64,000 nt of DNA from assembly GCA_951406725.2 (NCBI GenBank), contig OX597829.1, forward strand, positions 16,678,001-16,742,000, read 5' to 3'. The translations under genes and the position numbers were made by a program. This document shows, one piece after another, positions 43,653 to 58,301 of the stretch (position 1 is the first letter of the stretch; every line of letters begins with the position of its first letter). The notes under the pieces were generated by a model. That model had not been told where the DNA came from and searched no databases. It worked only from the letters and a program-made list of their open reading frames with translations. The DNA comes from Octopus vulgaris (lineage: Eukaryota).

Positions 43653-44385
43653 TTAATTTTTATTATGATTATTATAATATTTTTTTTTGTGGCACACTAG
43701 CAGAATGGTTATCACGTCGGAGAAAACGCTTACAAGTATTTGGTTCGTCTTTACGAGTTCAAATTCCATCAAGTACGACTTAATCATTACATCCTTTCAG
43801 AGTCGGAAGATAAGTACTAATTTAAGCCCTGGGGTCGAAGTAATCGACTTATCCCTTCCCCACAATATTTCAGGAGTGGTGCTTATATATTTGAAAGAAT
43901 TATTACCGATGTTGTTGTTGGTGTTGTTGCTTTTGCTTTGCTGTCATCGTCGTCGTCGTCGTTATAAACAGACAAATCCTTTGTATCATTCACATTACAT
44001 ATGAATGTCATTTGAACGGAAAATATAGAAATTAGTTTCTGGTTGAATTGTCTTACATTAAGCCTCAAAGAATTCCTTGAAAATGAAAATGGACGAAAGA
44101 AATGTGTTAGGATCTACTTTGCATTTGATTCTATGATAATTACAGTTTTCCTTTTCAAAGATATCAAACAAATTTTCTCATAAAACAACAACAACAATAA
44201 AAATGGAATTAACTGGAAAACTGAAAATGAAACAAACCCAGTTACAGAATATGAAAAAAGAAAAAAAGAAAAAAGGAAAAGAAAAAAGAGGAAGAAAAAG
44301 AAAAATGAAATTTTAGGATATCTTCGTCTTTCTAGAACTTCACGCCAAAATAATTCCGAAATTTATTCACATCGCTGAATATCTT

Positions 44386-44453
<68 letters not shown>

Positions 44454-44764
44454 CCTTTTGCAAAATGGATATGTCACTGTACAGAAGTGTATTCAATGAT
44501 CCTTCAACATTAAGTTCAAATGCTATTTTATATTAACATTACATAAAATCAAACATTTATACACACACAATATACATACATACATACATACATACATACA
44601 TACACACATATTCATACATACAAACACACATATAGATACATACATACATATATACATACATACATATATACGTATATGCATAATTATATACACACATTCA
44701 TACATGCACACATGCATTCATATATTCATACATACATACACGTAAACGTATATACATACATACC

Positions 44765-44795
<31 letters not shown>

Positions 44796-45314
44796 CATAC
44801 ATACATACATACATACATACATACATACATACATACATACATACATACATACATACATACATACTTTCATCATCTTTGTATCCAAAGAGGTTGTTTTTCT
44901 TAATCGAATAATTCACACTCTATGTATCTATTATAGCTTATATGCTTGTAGATGCACCGTTCGTATATAAATATAAAATTTACTTTTCCGTCAAGATAAG
45001 ATCAACAAAATGTTATTCCAATCAGTCTGAGATGACTATCATTTAATGTACTAAAATATGAACTACTAATATCTTATCGACATAGAGACAGGCAGGTCTT
45101 ATAGCATGCCATGTATCACCTGAAGCTCACTTAAGGACACAATGCCCGTTATAAAAAAACCTCCTGGCTAACCACGTGTCTTAATGGCAAGAAACTAATA
45201 GTAGCTCTTATTTTAATACAGTGTGCATTAAATAATATGTATGTATATATATAATGCGATATTTGTAGCAATATATGTGCTTCAGCACCCTCAGTCACAT
45301 TTAGTGACGATAAA

Positions 45315-45358
<44 letters not shown>

Positions 45359-45508
45359 CTTTTTCATGAGTACTATAGGCTTGCTCGAATTCATATATCG
45401 TGACATACATACAGATAATACATTCATTCATACATACATATATACATACATACATAAATACATACATACATACATAAATACATACATACATACATACATA
45501 CATACACA

Positions 45509-45723
<215 letters not shown>

Positions 45724-46171
45724 GTTTGTGTGTATATATATACATATATACACACATTCATAAAGGCCAATAATATGAAATATTGCATTTTTCGGTTCCC
45801 AGTCGTAACCTCTGTTTCTGTCAAATGATCTCTCTACACTTCCCCATTCTTAGAAACAAACTCTTTAACTCACCGTGTTTCCTTTCCTTCTTTTATTCGT
45901 GAATATTCTTATGGATGTCAGACGGAACATTCCTGTCAGTTTTGATTAAATTCTTGCTGATTTCTTGAGACCATTTCTTTAGTTTCAGGGAATGTTGTCT
46001 TCAGTTCATAATTTCTTTATTCTTCAAACTTGTGTGTGCGTGTGTGTGTATGTACATGTGTATATACATACATACATACATACATACATACATACATACA
46101 TACATACATACACACATACATACATACATACATATATACACACATACACACATGCATACATATATACATAC

Positions 46172-46202
<31 letters not shown>

Positions 46203-47104
46203 CATACAGACATTCATACATACGTACATACATACATACACACATACATACATACATACATACTTACATACATACATACATACATACATTCATACATACA
46301 CATATATATTTATTATGTATATTATATAATATATATATATATATACATACATATAAATATGTAGTAAATTTTTTTATGACCTTATTGCCACTTCGTTTTA
46401 ATACGTTTGTGCATGCGTGTGTGTATGGAGGAATTCAAGAAATATTGGCATCAAATTTTGGCCAGATATTTTGGAAGAGAGAAGAAGTCGATTACATCGA
46501 CCCCAGTACTCAACTGGCATTTATTTTATCGATTCCGATAGGATGAAAGGCAATGTCGACCTCGGTTGAAATTGAACTCAGAACAACAACAACAACAACG
46601 ACAACAATAATAATAATAATAATATCTTCATTAACCACAAGGGTTTACATTATGGACAGCACCGGACAAACAAAGAATTTCTGTGTGTGAGTTGTGAGGG
46701 TTTTGCGACGCCTGCTAGCATAAAGTGGTGGCACTCCGTCAGTTACGACGACGAGTGTTCCAGTTGTATGTATGTACAACCCTCTGAATCAAATGGAACC
46801 CTCGTCGTTGTAACCGATGGAGCCCCAGTTGGATTTTATCTGTTATATATCGCATTTGTTTCCAGTTGCGAGAGATTGATTTAGGTATCAGCCTGGTTAG
46901 AACTGTAATTGAATCAAACTATATACAAATTTTGTTTTTTCATTTTTTTTTGAGGTTTCCGGAGTATGACTTCATATTTCTAAAATGTTGTTAATCATTG
47001 CAACTCAAAATGGCCTAAAAGTAGTAACAAATTCTTTAATGCGTGTGAAATATAAATGCGGTTCAGACATCGCAAATAATTAACGATTAATGCACAGAAC
47101 TTGA

Positions 47105-47760
47105 ATAAGAAGCTTGCTTCCCAAATGCACGATTCTGGGTTCAAAGTCTTGTGAGTGGATTAGGTAGGCGGAAACTGAAAGAAACCCCTCAAGTATATAT
47201 ATATATGTATATGTGTATATATATTTATATATTTATAAAATTAATAAATCTTAGGGTAGCAAACAAAATTTTAGAAAAATTCTTTGCTACCAGCGGTCTA
47301 GCGAGAAGGAAAGATTAGTCAATAGACTATATATTATTCATAGAAAAATACAGTGTGCATTTAAACACATAAGAGATGACCGTAATAGGACATCTGACTT
47401 ACTAGAAAGAGCAGTTTAACTCCAAACCATTAATAGTTGTAGTTCTGAAAGGGAATGAGAAATAAAAACGTTTACTCTTTCAGAATTACAACTATTAGTG
47501 GTTTGGAGTTTAACTGCTGTTTCTAGTGAGTCAGATGTCCTATTATGGTCATCTCTTATGTGTTTAAATGCACACTGTATTTGTATATATATATATATAT
47601 ATACACACGTATATATCTATGTACCTATGTGATAGAATAAGTACTAAGTTTTGAAAAAATAATCCCGGGATGGATTTGTTTGATTGGAACCCTTAAGGGT
47701 GGTGTTCTAGCTTGGTCACAATCGAATGACTGAAACAAGTAAAGAATAAAGGATAAACGG
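47105..47760 (+). mobile_element. Degenerate SINE B with a fold-back element (palindrome 47347-47582) in its TA tract
   Basis: B pieces at 47105-47195 and 47630-47760; ~108-bp inverted arms between them. Confidence 0.75.
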
Positions 47761-47920
47761 TACGTTTAGGAAATTTAACACATTTTAAACCCTCTCTGAT
47801 GAGTGTGAATGATGGGTCAAATTACAATTTTTATGGCTGGAGAGCAGAAAGCAAAAAATCAAGAAATTTGGACAAGAAAAATAAACAAAGAGAAATCAGA
47901 TACGATATATGTATTTATGT

Positions 47921-48170
47921 GGAGGCGCGTGGCTTAGTGGTTAGTGTGTCAGCACCATGATCGTAAGATTATGATTTCGATTCCTGGACCGGGCGATGCG
48001 TTGTGTTCTTGAGCAAAACACTTCATTTCACGTTGCTTCAGTCCACTCAGCTGGCAAAAATGAGTAACGCTGCGATGGACTGGCGTCCCGTCCATCTGGG
48101 GAACACATACGCCATAGAAACCGGGGAACCGGGCCCATGAGCCTGGCTAGGCTTTAAAAGGGCGCTTTTA
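47921..48170 (+). mobile_element. SINE family D (tRNA head, CORE-like block, V-domain-like block)
   Basis: ggcgcgtggcttagtggttag A-box, tttcgattcc B-box, gtgttcttgagcaaaacactt, gcgatggactggcgtcccgtcca; partial copy at 52515-52620. Confidence 0.75.
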
Positions 48171-48349
48171 TTTATTATTTTATAAGTATATATGCATGTA
48201 TGTATGCATGTATGTTTAGGTTAAAGTAAAAATGAAAATGCAAAACGTTTGGTATCACTTGAAAAGGACATTTAATTTAGATACAGAATATAAACATATA
48301 GTCTCTTACAGCCAAGCATGTAGATTTGTATGTATGGAGAATTCAGGTA

Positions 48350-48560
48350 ATATTGGTTTCAGATTTTGGCACAAGGCCAGACATTTTGGGGAGGGGTAAG
48401 TCGATTACATCGACTACAGCGCTCAACTGGTAGTTATTTTATCATCACAGAAAGGATGAATGGCAAAGTCGACCAGGGCGGATTTGAACTCAGGACGTAA
48501 AGACGGATAAAATGCTGTTAAGCATTATGACTAGATTGCTAACGATTCTGCCAGGTCCCT
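48350..48560 (-). mobile_element. Diverged SINE family A
   Basis: aaggatgaatggcaaagtcgacc...gatttgaactcag. Confidence 0.8.
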
Positions 48561-48714
48561 GATTTACATCGGGTGAAATATAAAAATAAGTGTGGTTTAT
48601 TTCAAAATTACATCTGATTTTCCTGATTTCTCAAATACTTTGTGGATTGTGAAACACTTTCGGACAAATGTTCAAAAGATTTCTACCAATGAAGTTAAGA
48701 TAATATTGTACCTT

Positions 48715-49088
48715 AGCTTGCTTACCGACCACATAGTTCCGGGTTCAGTCCCACTGTGTGGCACCTTGGGCAACAGTCTTCTACTATAGCCTCGGGCCGA
48801 CCAAAGCTTGTGAGTGGATTTGGTAGACGGAAACTGAAAGAAGCCCGTCCCATATATGTGTATATATCTCTGTGTGTGTATGTTTGTGTGTCTGTGTTTG
48901 TCCCTCTAGCATTGCTTGACAACCGATGCCGGTGTGTTTACGTCTCCGTCACTTAGCGGTTCGGCAAAAGAGACCGATAGAATAAGTATTGGGCTTACAA
49001 AGAATAGGTCCTGGGGTAAATTTGCTCGTCTAAAGGCGGTGCTCCAGTATGGCCGCAGTCAAATGACTGAAACAAGTAAAAGAGTAAC
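48715..49088 (+). mobile_element. SINE family B
   Basis: Matches the other copies. Confidence 0.9.
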
Positions 49089-49299
49089 AGAGTTCCAGCT
49101 AACTCTAAACCTCGGAGTTTTGTAACGACGGCAGAATTAAATGTCGTTGTTTTTCTCACTGAGTGATGAGATCAAGGAATAACTGCAGCGTACCAGATGC
49201 TGGATAAAAAGAAATTTTTGAGAAATAATGTGTTGTAGAATGAAGAAACTACGGAAAGTTCACAAGATGCTAAGACACTAGAATAGTCCTGTACGACTG

Positions 49300-49800
49300 C
49301 GATTAAAGTTTAGAAGTGGTTGTTGAATAATGTTGAAGTTGGTTAAGATTTTGAAAGATTTCAGACCAACTAAACTTTTAGTGCACTCTTGTTAAATGGC
49401 AGAAACTGCAAACCAATGAGAATGGTTATCAGGAAAAGCTTGTGAATAATCAAATGTCAAATGATTCTGGCATTGAAGTTCCCACGGATAAAGAAATCGC
49501 ACTCGATGTTCTACATATCAAAAGAGGAGAAAACAAGAAGCAAGAGGAAGTGGAACAACCCGGACATTGGCCAATCACTTCATAAGGACATTTTGAAACC
49601 CAAAGGTTGTCCTTCACTAAGAGAAAAAAAATTGAGTGTGATCGCAAAATTAATATAGAACGACGGGATCGCAAAAAACACCCCCAAAAAACAAAAGCTG
49701 GAATGATCCTTCTTGAAGCTGAACGGGACGATTCCTGCTTTAAATCTACCAAAATTTACATCATTGCAGTTTACAAACAAATGAAAGCAATGTACCTATA
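49300..49800 (+). pseudogene. Probable piggyBac-like transposase C-terminal remnant
   Basis: Broken frames give LKDFR, P..KEIALD, GHWPI and ERDDSCFK, in the order of PGBD C-termini (FR..., P..D.R.D..GHWP, C-terminal CF..YH). Confidence 0.4.
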
Positions 49801-49880
49801 TTTACGCATTTTATAATAGTCTGGAAATGGTGAATTCTCTTTCGCCTCCGCCTGCAGCATTTGAATAAATTTTACTTTAT

Positions 49881-50320
49881 GGATCTTTTCGGTTTGAACA
49901 GCAGTTTTGAACATAATTTCTAGGTAACTAAAAAATTTTAAACTTCGTATACTGGTAGAATGTGTTTATAAAACATCTTTTTCTCTTGGCTTTATTGAGA
50001 ACATTCTATAGTTTGTAAGATATTTGTTGTTTTTTTCTTCAATTTCTGCAATTTCAACCAATCATTGACGTCTATTGAGGTAAAAAAAAACATTCTGTGC
50101 CGTGTGAATATGTCCCTCGTTTAAGAAACAGATTGGGTTTATTTACATTTTTGAAGAGAAAAAAATACCCTTCCCTCACCCCTAACCCTAACTAACCCTA
50201 ACTCTAACCTTAACCCTAAAATAGATTGAAATGCAATAGATCGATACTAGGGTCATAATTATGGGTGACAATTTCATATGACACCGCTAGAAAAAACTGC
50301 CGTTCAAACCGAAAAGATCC
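49881..50320. mobile_element. Merlin-like MITE, short form, opposite orientation
   Basis: TIRs ggatcttttcggtttgaac / gttcaaaccgaaaagatcc; 8-bp TSD TACTTTAT; internal (CCCTAA)n. Confidence 0.92.
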
Positions 50321-50480
50321 TACTTTATTACCACTGCAAAATACGACAAAAAAAAAAAAAAAAGAAGTAAAAATATTTATTCGTTATTAAAACTTGAAAA
50401 GAATTTTAGATTGTGCAGTATTGCTAAAGTTATTATACTGACAAATGCGCTGCTAAAAAATATTACTGAAATTTCTCGTC

Positions 50481-50532
<52 letters not shown>

Positions 50533-50859
50533 CTTTTTATTAATGAGAAGAAAAATTACAGTTTGCTCCTATATAATTTTTCTTTCCACACCTTGGCCTG
50601 GACATATTTAAAACTACATTAATTTTATTAAACTTGGCAATTTGCTCGCCCATTTTCAATTCTCATAGCCCTCCCTTGCCAAGGAGCCTGACAGCTCTCC
50701 ACCCATGAGAATCACTGCAGTAATATATACTGTATTAATAATCACCGTTGACAGAAAACTTTTAAGCTCTATGTTACATGAGCGACAGCCGACCGTTTCT
50801 GTTTTCCTCTTTCTCTCTCTCTGTCTCCCCCTCTCTGTCTCTGTCTCCCTCTCTCTCTC

Positions 50860-51110
50860 GCTCAGTCTGTATCTCTCTCGCTCTGTCTGTCTCTCTCTCG
50901 CTCTGTCTGTCTGTCTCTCTCGCTCTGTCTGTATCTCTCTCGCTCTGTCTGTATCTCTCTCGCTCAGTCTGTCTCTCTCTCGCTCTGTCTGTATCTCTCT
51001 CGCTCAGTCTGTCTCTCTCTCGCTCTGTCTGTCTCTCTCTCGCTCTGTCTGTCTCTCTCTCGCTCTGTCTGTCTCTCTCTCGCTCTGTCTGCCTGTCTGT
51101 CTCTCTCTCT
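50860..51110. repeat. ~20-bp minisatellite (CTCTCTCGCTCTGTCTGT[A/C]T)n
   Basis: About a dozen tandem units. Confidence 0.85.
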
Positions 51111-51449
51111 CTCTGTCTTCTACTCTATTCCCCCTCACCACTTCTCTCCCTCTCCCGCTTTCCATTCTGAGGTAATCATTTCAACTCTCCATCCATCTAT
51201 CCATACAAATAAAACACGCACACACATACACATTCATATACAATCGTATATGTGTACGTTTACGCCTGAGCATGCGCACACACACATATTAATCGGCAGA
51301 AATTTACAAAGATAACTCAAGTGGTTAGAGTTTCGTACCTGTCACTCATCATGCACAAATCATTCGCTCCTTGAATCGCTGGTGTAACTTTCTGCTTATC
51401 AAAAACACAAAGATGAATTATATAGCCATATTGAATTCCGTTTCTTCTA

Positions 51450-52400
51450 CTCTTTTACTTGTTTCAGTCATTTGACTGCGGCCGTGCTGGAGCACCGCCT
51501 TTTAGTCGAGCAAATCGACCCCAAGACTTATTCTTTGTAAACCTAATACTTATTCTATCGATCTCTTTTGCCGAACTGCTAATTTACGGGGATGTAAACA
51601 CACCAGCATCGGTTGTCAAGCGATGTTGGGGGTGGGGGACAAATACATACATACATACAATACAATACAATACAATGTGGTTGGTAAGCAAGCTACTTAC
51701 CACACAGCCACTCCTCTTCTGTTTGCAATACCTAAAATATTTCTCTCTTTTAAAGATCTGTGAATTGTATTATGGGAGAAATATGGCTGCTACTTTCTAG
51801 TAATTCGAACGAATACATTGACGTTTCCAGTTTGTTTCTGCCGTGTACTAATGAACTAACTATATTTCATTTCTTCGGTACTACACTAAACTTGGTTATC
51901 AAAGTATGTAACTGCAGTTCATAAATAGGTGCAAGACTTGCTGTATGAGTAAAAAAAAAAAGAAAAAAAAAGAAAACACAGGCGCAGGAGTGGCTTGTTT
52001 ACGAACCACATGGTTTCGGGTTCAGTCCCACTGCGTAGCACCTTGGGCTAGTGTCTTCTACTATAGCCTCGGGCTGGCCAAAGCCTTTTAAGTGGATTTG
52101 GTAGACGGAAACTGAAAGAAACCTGTCGTATATATGTATGTATATATATATATATATGTATGCGTGTGCGTGTTTGTGTGTCTGTGTTTGTCCCCCTAGC
52201 ATTGCTTGACAACCGATGCTGGTGTGTTTATGTCCCTGTCACTTAGCGGTTCGGCAAAGGAGACCGAGAGAATAAGTATTGGGCTTACAAAAGATTAAGT
52301 CCCGGGGTCGAGTTGCTCGATTAATGGCGGTGCTCCAGCATGGCCGCAGTCAAATGACTGAAACAAGTAAAAGAGTAAAAGAGTAAAGAGTAAAGAGTAA
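51450..52400. mobile_element. Inverted pair of SINE B copies (- 51450-51720, + 51980-52400)
   Basis: Family B matches on both strands. Confidence 0.85.
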
Positions 52401-52789
52401 ACTATGAATACGATTGCTAACTATCTTAAGTTAGTTTTAACGGAATTAATTAATGTGCAATTTTGGGTTCTAAGGAATAAAGTTTTGTGGTCCTTAATTT
52501 TAATGTTTGTAAAAGGGCGTGGCCTGGTGGTTAGCGTGTTGTACTCACAATCATAAGATCATAGTTTCGATTCTCAGACCGGACGGTGTGATGTGTTCTG
52601 GAGTAAAACACTTCAACTCATTCAACTATTAATGAGTTCCAACTATAAATGGGAAGTTTCTCCTGGAACGGACAGACTTTAATCTCAACGGAAATCGGAT
52701 TAAACACCAGCTTTAGGTATTATAGGGCTCACGACTCACTTAAATGTGATATACTCGGGTTAAAGCCTCTAATCACCTTTATTGTGTTA

Positions 52790-53205
52790 GGCGTGGCTGT
52801 GTGGTAAGAAGACTGCTTCCCAACCACATCGTTCCGGATTCAGTCCCACTGCGCGACACCTCGGGCGAGTATCTTCTATTATAGCCTCGGGTTGAACAAA
52901 GCCTTGTGGTTGGATTTTGTAGACAGAAACTGAAAGAATAACGTCGTAAATATATATATAAATGTGTGTGTATGTGTGTGTTCAAATTTACAGAAAATGT
53001 AAGGTGAAGATAGGTATAGGAACAACAAGCAGGTCTACTAGTTTACGCTCGGGAAGAAAGGAAAAGTCTTTTATGCTTTGAACCTACGCTCTTTGTCAGA
53101 AAGGATTAAGAGGAGAAAAAATGGAGAGAGAAAAAAAAAACGGTGAGAGAAAAAAACGTGTAGGGATTAACGGTTCAACATGTTGAAATGGCAGGAATGA
53201 AAGGG

Positions 53206-53238
<33 letters not shown>

Positions 53239-53436
53239 TGTATGTATGTATGTATGCATGTATGTATGTATGTAAAATGGTAGAAAAACGTAATAGAGGT
53301 CAATAAACCATTCGGACAGATAGACGATACAAAGATGGACAGGTGAAGCAGCAATTAGGACAGGAAAAAGTGACGGGGCATTCCTGGCCTTCTTTCATCA
53401 GTCAAGTTTACCAGAAGTCCCTACTGTTTCGGGCAG

Positions 53437-53514
<78 letters not shown>

Positions 53515-53548
53515 ATGTATATATTCATGCATATGTATATATGTATAT

Positions 53549-53607
<59 letters not shown>

Positions 53608-53862
53608 TGTATGTGCATACACACATACATACATGTATATATATCTATGTATGTTTCTTTGTGTCTGTGTTTGACACCTATCACCGCTTAACAACCGATC
53701 TTGGTGTGGTTACGTCCCCGTAACCACACACAAGCAACTGATAGTACTGGGCTTAAAAACAAGTCCTGGCGTCGATTTCTTCAACTGAAAACCATTCAAG
53801 GTGGTGCTACAGCATAGCCGCAATCGAATGACAGAAACGAGTAAAAAAAGCAAAAGAGTAAA
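52790..53862 (+). mobile_element. SINE B split by two Penelope-like inserts (52982-53190 family F2 on minus; 53275-53437)
   Basis: B head at 52790-52980, B tail at 53650-53862; the 53275 insert matches 25200-25300. Confidence 0.7.
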
Positions 53863-54490
53863 TAAAAAAACTTAGGCTACTCGCTATAATTTATGGATTT
53901 ATTTACTCAGAGTTGCACCGTAAAAAGACGATCTATTTCATATATCACGGAAGATATTTATATTCCCATGACGTAAACAGCCATATATTTATGTTTTAAA
54001 TCTGGATAAACGTACAGACACACGAATGCATTTGTACAGAGATATAAAAATGACGCTCGTATATATACACGCGTGTGGTTAAAGCCGCACACATGTATAT
54101 AGACATGAGTACACTTACAAACGTGTATATAAATGCATGCACTCATCTGTGTAGACGCACGCGCGCACACACACACATATTTATATATACACACACACAC
54201 ATATACCCACATATGTATGTGTGTATATATATATAAAACACATATATATACACATATACACACATATACTTATATGTGCTGTGTATATGTATATATATAT
54301 ATACACGCACACCCACCCACATATCCCTCCCCCCACATATATATATTCACACACACATATACCCACATATGTATATGTGTATATATGTATGTATGTATAT
54401 ATATATATATATAAAACACATATATACACATATAAACACATATACGTATATGTGCATGTGTATATATATGTATATTTATATACACCCCCC

Positions 54491-54538
<48 letters not shown>

Positions 54539-54773
54539 GTATATATACAGATGTGCATATAGATGACGTATTCACAGATCCACATAATAAACACACATAT
54601 AAGTATGCATACACGCACAGCAATACATACAAATGTACATCAATAAACATAGACGCACACACGTATTAATACACACATATATAAAGCTAGACACTAGATC
54701 CTACACACATATGAACTCAAGAGAGATATAAGAGAATAGATATACAAGCAGAAACTTGTGTAAAAGATAAATT

Positions 54774-54843
<70 letters not shown>

Positions 54844-55029
54844 TACATATTTTTTCATTTTTAATTTTCTTTTCACCGTTTTTGTGCAGATACTAATGAG
54901 ATAATTTGGCAAAAATTAAGAAGCTACAAAGATTAGATGTGTGTACAGATTAAGCGCCGGCGTGGTCAGCTGCTGATTGTCTGCTACAAGAGGAATAAAC
55001 CAATCAGCGCACACGCATTCTTATGCACA

Positions 55030-55521
55030 CACACACCTAATACAAACACACATACACACATACACACACCTAATGCAAGCACACACACACATCTAATACA
55101 AACACACACACACACCTAATGCAGACACACGCACACACCTAATACAAACACACACACACACCTAATACAAACACACACACACACCTAATGCAGACACACG
55201 ACCACACCTAATACAAACACACACACACACCTAATGCAAACACACACACACACCTAATGCAAACACACACACACCTAATGCAAACACACACACACACCTA
55301 ATGCAAACACACACACACACCTAATGCAAACACACACACACCTAATGCAAACACACACACACACCTAATGCAAACACACACACACCTAATGCAAACACAC
55401 ACACACACCTAATGCAAACACACACACACCTAATGCAAACACACACACACCTAATGCAAACACACACACACACCTAATACAAACACACACACACCTAATG
55501 CAAACACACACACACCCTAAT

Positions 55522-55558
<37 letters not shown>

Positions 55559-55645
55559 ATGCAAACACACACACACCTAATGCAAACACACACACACACA
55601 CACACACCCACCTAATGCAAACACACACACACCTAATACAAACAC
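55030..55645. repeat. Minisatellite [CCTAAT(G/A)CAAA(CA)n], ~26 units
   Basis: Counted by eye; period mostly 21 or 23 bp. Confidence 0.92.
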
Positions 55646-56109
55646 ACGCGCGTACACTCACGCAAACTCATACACGCACACACACATAAACACATACACT
55701 GGTACACACACGCACTTACACACGCGTGCACACACTTACACACGCATACACGCACGCACACACACACACTCGCATACACACATACGCACATACTTATGAA
55801 TACATAGATCTTTCATAATTCATCCTTTACTCGTTTCAATCATTTCCGTCAATCTCTCTCATGGTAAACAAAAACAAAAAAAGACGTTTTAGAGAAAGCT
55901 ACGGCTTTAATTAATTCTGTCGGTAAATCTCATCTAAAGAGTTCGAAACGCGTCTGGGAATCCGACAGAGGGCAGCACTGGACAGATATGGCATTTTTAC
56001 AGCTCTTAAAAAATTTTTTTTTTTTACGACAAGAATGAATTTTTTTTCTCCATGATAACTGCAGAGAATTTAGCTTTAGAAGTTGAAATATGTCACAAAC
56101 ATATTTTGT

Positions 56110-56522
56110 AGGAGTGGCTGTGTGGTAAGTAGCTTACTTACCAACCACATGGTTCTGGGTTCAGTCCCACTTCGTGGCACCTTGGGCAAGTGCCTTCTAC
56201 TATAGCCTCAGGCCGACCAAAGCCTTGTGAGTGGATTTGGTGGACGGAAACTGAAAGAAACCCACCATATATATGTATACATAAATGTATACATATATGT
56301 ATGTGTGTGTATATCTTTGTGTGTCTGTGTTTGTCCCCTTCCCAACATCGCTTGACAACCGATGTTTACGTCCCCTTAATTTAGCGGTTCGGCAAAAGAG
56401 ACCGATAGAATAAGTACTAGGCTTACAAAGAATAAGTCCCGGGGTCGATTTGCTCGACTAAAGGCAGTGCTCCAGCATGGCCACAGTCAAATGTCTGAAA
56501 CAAGTAGAAGAGTAAAAGAGTA
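56110..56522 (+). mobile_element. SINE family B
   Basis: Full-length match to the other copies. Confidence 0.92.
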
Positions 56523-56587
56523 ACCTGAAGTTCGCTTATGCCTAAACATTACTTGGCGTTGATATTGCTGTAATTTTTACTGACTTG

Positions 56588-56970
56588 GTGCAATGGCCCA
56601 GTGGTTAGGGCAGCGGACTCGCAGTCATAGGATTGCGGTTTCTATTCCCAAACCGGGCATTGTGAGTGTTTATTGAGCGAAAACACTTAAAGGTCCACGA
56701 AGCTCCGGCAGTGGGGTGGATGGCGAACCCTGCTGTATTCTTTCACCACAACTTTCTTTCACTCTTTCTTCCTGTTTCTGTTGTACCTGTATTTGAAAGG
56801 GCCAACCTTGTCACTCTCTGTGTTACGCTGAATCTCCCGGAGAACTGCGTTAAGGGTTACACGTGTCTGGTCTGTGGAGTGCTCAACCACTTGCACGTAA
56901 ATTTCACGAGCAGTCTGTTCCATTGATTGGAACAACTGGAACCGTCGTCGTCGTAAACGACGGAGTACCG
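56588..56970 (+). mobile_element. SINE family C head with alternative tail X
   Basis: Matches 41321 up to ...ctctttcttc, then diverges into a tail shared with 21700-21845 and 46722-46830. Confidence 0.8.
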
Positions 56971-56991
56971 TAGTTAAAGGTATGTATTAAA

Positions 56992-57410
56992 GGCGGCGAG
57001 CTGGTAGAACCGTTAGCACGCCGGGCGAAATGCTTAGCGGTATATCTCGTCTGTCGTTACCTTCTGAGTTCAAATTCCGCCGAGGTCGACTTTGCCTTTC
57101 ATCTTTTCGGGGTCGATTAAAGAAGTACCAGTTACTCACTGGGGTTGATATAATCGACTTAATCTGTTTGTCTGTCCTTGTTTGTCCCCTCTGTATGTAA
57201 CCCCTTGTGGGTAGTAAAGAATTAGGTATTTCGTGTGCCGCTACGTTCTGAGTTCAAATTCCGCCAAGGTCGACTTTGCCTTTCATCCTTTCGGGGTCGA
57301 TTAAATAAGTACCAGTTGCGCACTGGGGTCGATCTAATCAGCTTAATCCGTTTGTCTGTCCTTGTTTGTCCTCTCTGTGTTTAGCCCCTTGTGGGTAGTA
57401 AAGAAATAGG
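56992..57410 (+). mobile_element. SINE family A dimer
   Basis: Full unit plus a second unit starting ggtatttcg at ~57226. Confidence 0.92.
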
Positions 57411-57433
57411 TATATATTTTAAGTAACCCAAAG

Positions 57434-57480
<47 letters not shown>

Positions 57481-58266
57481 TTATATAGTATTTTGTGTGT
57501 ATGCATGAAGGAACTTGTGTAGCTACCTAAAGTGACAAGCAACGCTTAGATGTACATCCATTAAAAAAATATAATATACAAAATGGAGTATCATAAATAA
57601 TCCCTTACTTCCTCGCATTCACGAATATGTAAACGATCCAAAAGTATTTATAAATATTAGAATCAAACTGCGTTATTGTTAACTTTTTGGCTGTCAAAAT
57701 GACTGAATTAAGATTTTAGTATAAAATAAATATAAGATCACATATGTACGAAAATATTTTTTGGATTAATGAAAAGAAAATATCGTTTTTATAAGACCAA
57801 CCAAAATATTATTATAATATTAAAGCTCGAGATAATAAAAATATATGAGAAAATGCTTTTTAACACCATTCCACTGACACATATTTATATGTCGACACTC
57901 AGATATTGAAAGAAATGTTATGAAATAATTACAAAAATAATAAAAAAGAAGAAGCGAATGTAATAAACCGTATTAATTATGAAACGCATAAATTCTTGAC
58001 TATATATGTGCGTGTGTATGTGTGTGTGTTTATGCGCATATATATATTATATGTATGTATGTATATATATAGATGCGTGTGTGTATAAATATGTATTTAT
58101 ATATTGTATATATATATGTATGTATATGTATGTATATATATGTATGCATGTATGTATGTATGAATGTATATATATGCGTGTGTGTGAATAAATATGTATA
58201 TATTTATATATTGTATATATATGTATGTATATATATATATATGCATGTATGTATGTATGAATGTGC

Positions 58267-58301
<35 letters not shown>

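Noticed and set aside
55030-55645. CRISPR-like repeat/spacer appearance
   Set aside because: The spacers are just (CA)n, the repeat is ~11 bp, there are no cas genes and the context is eukaryotic
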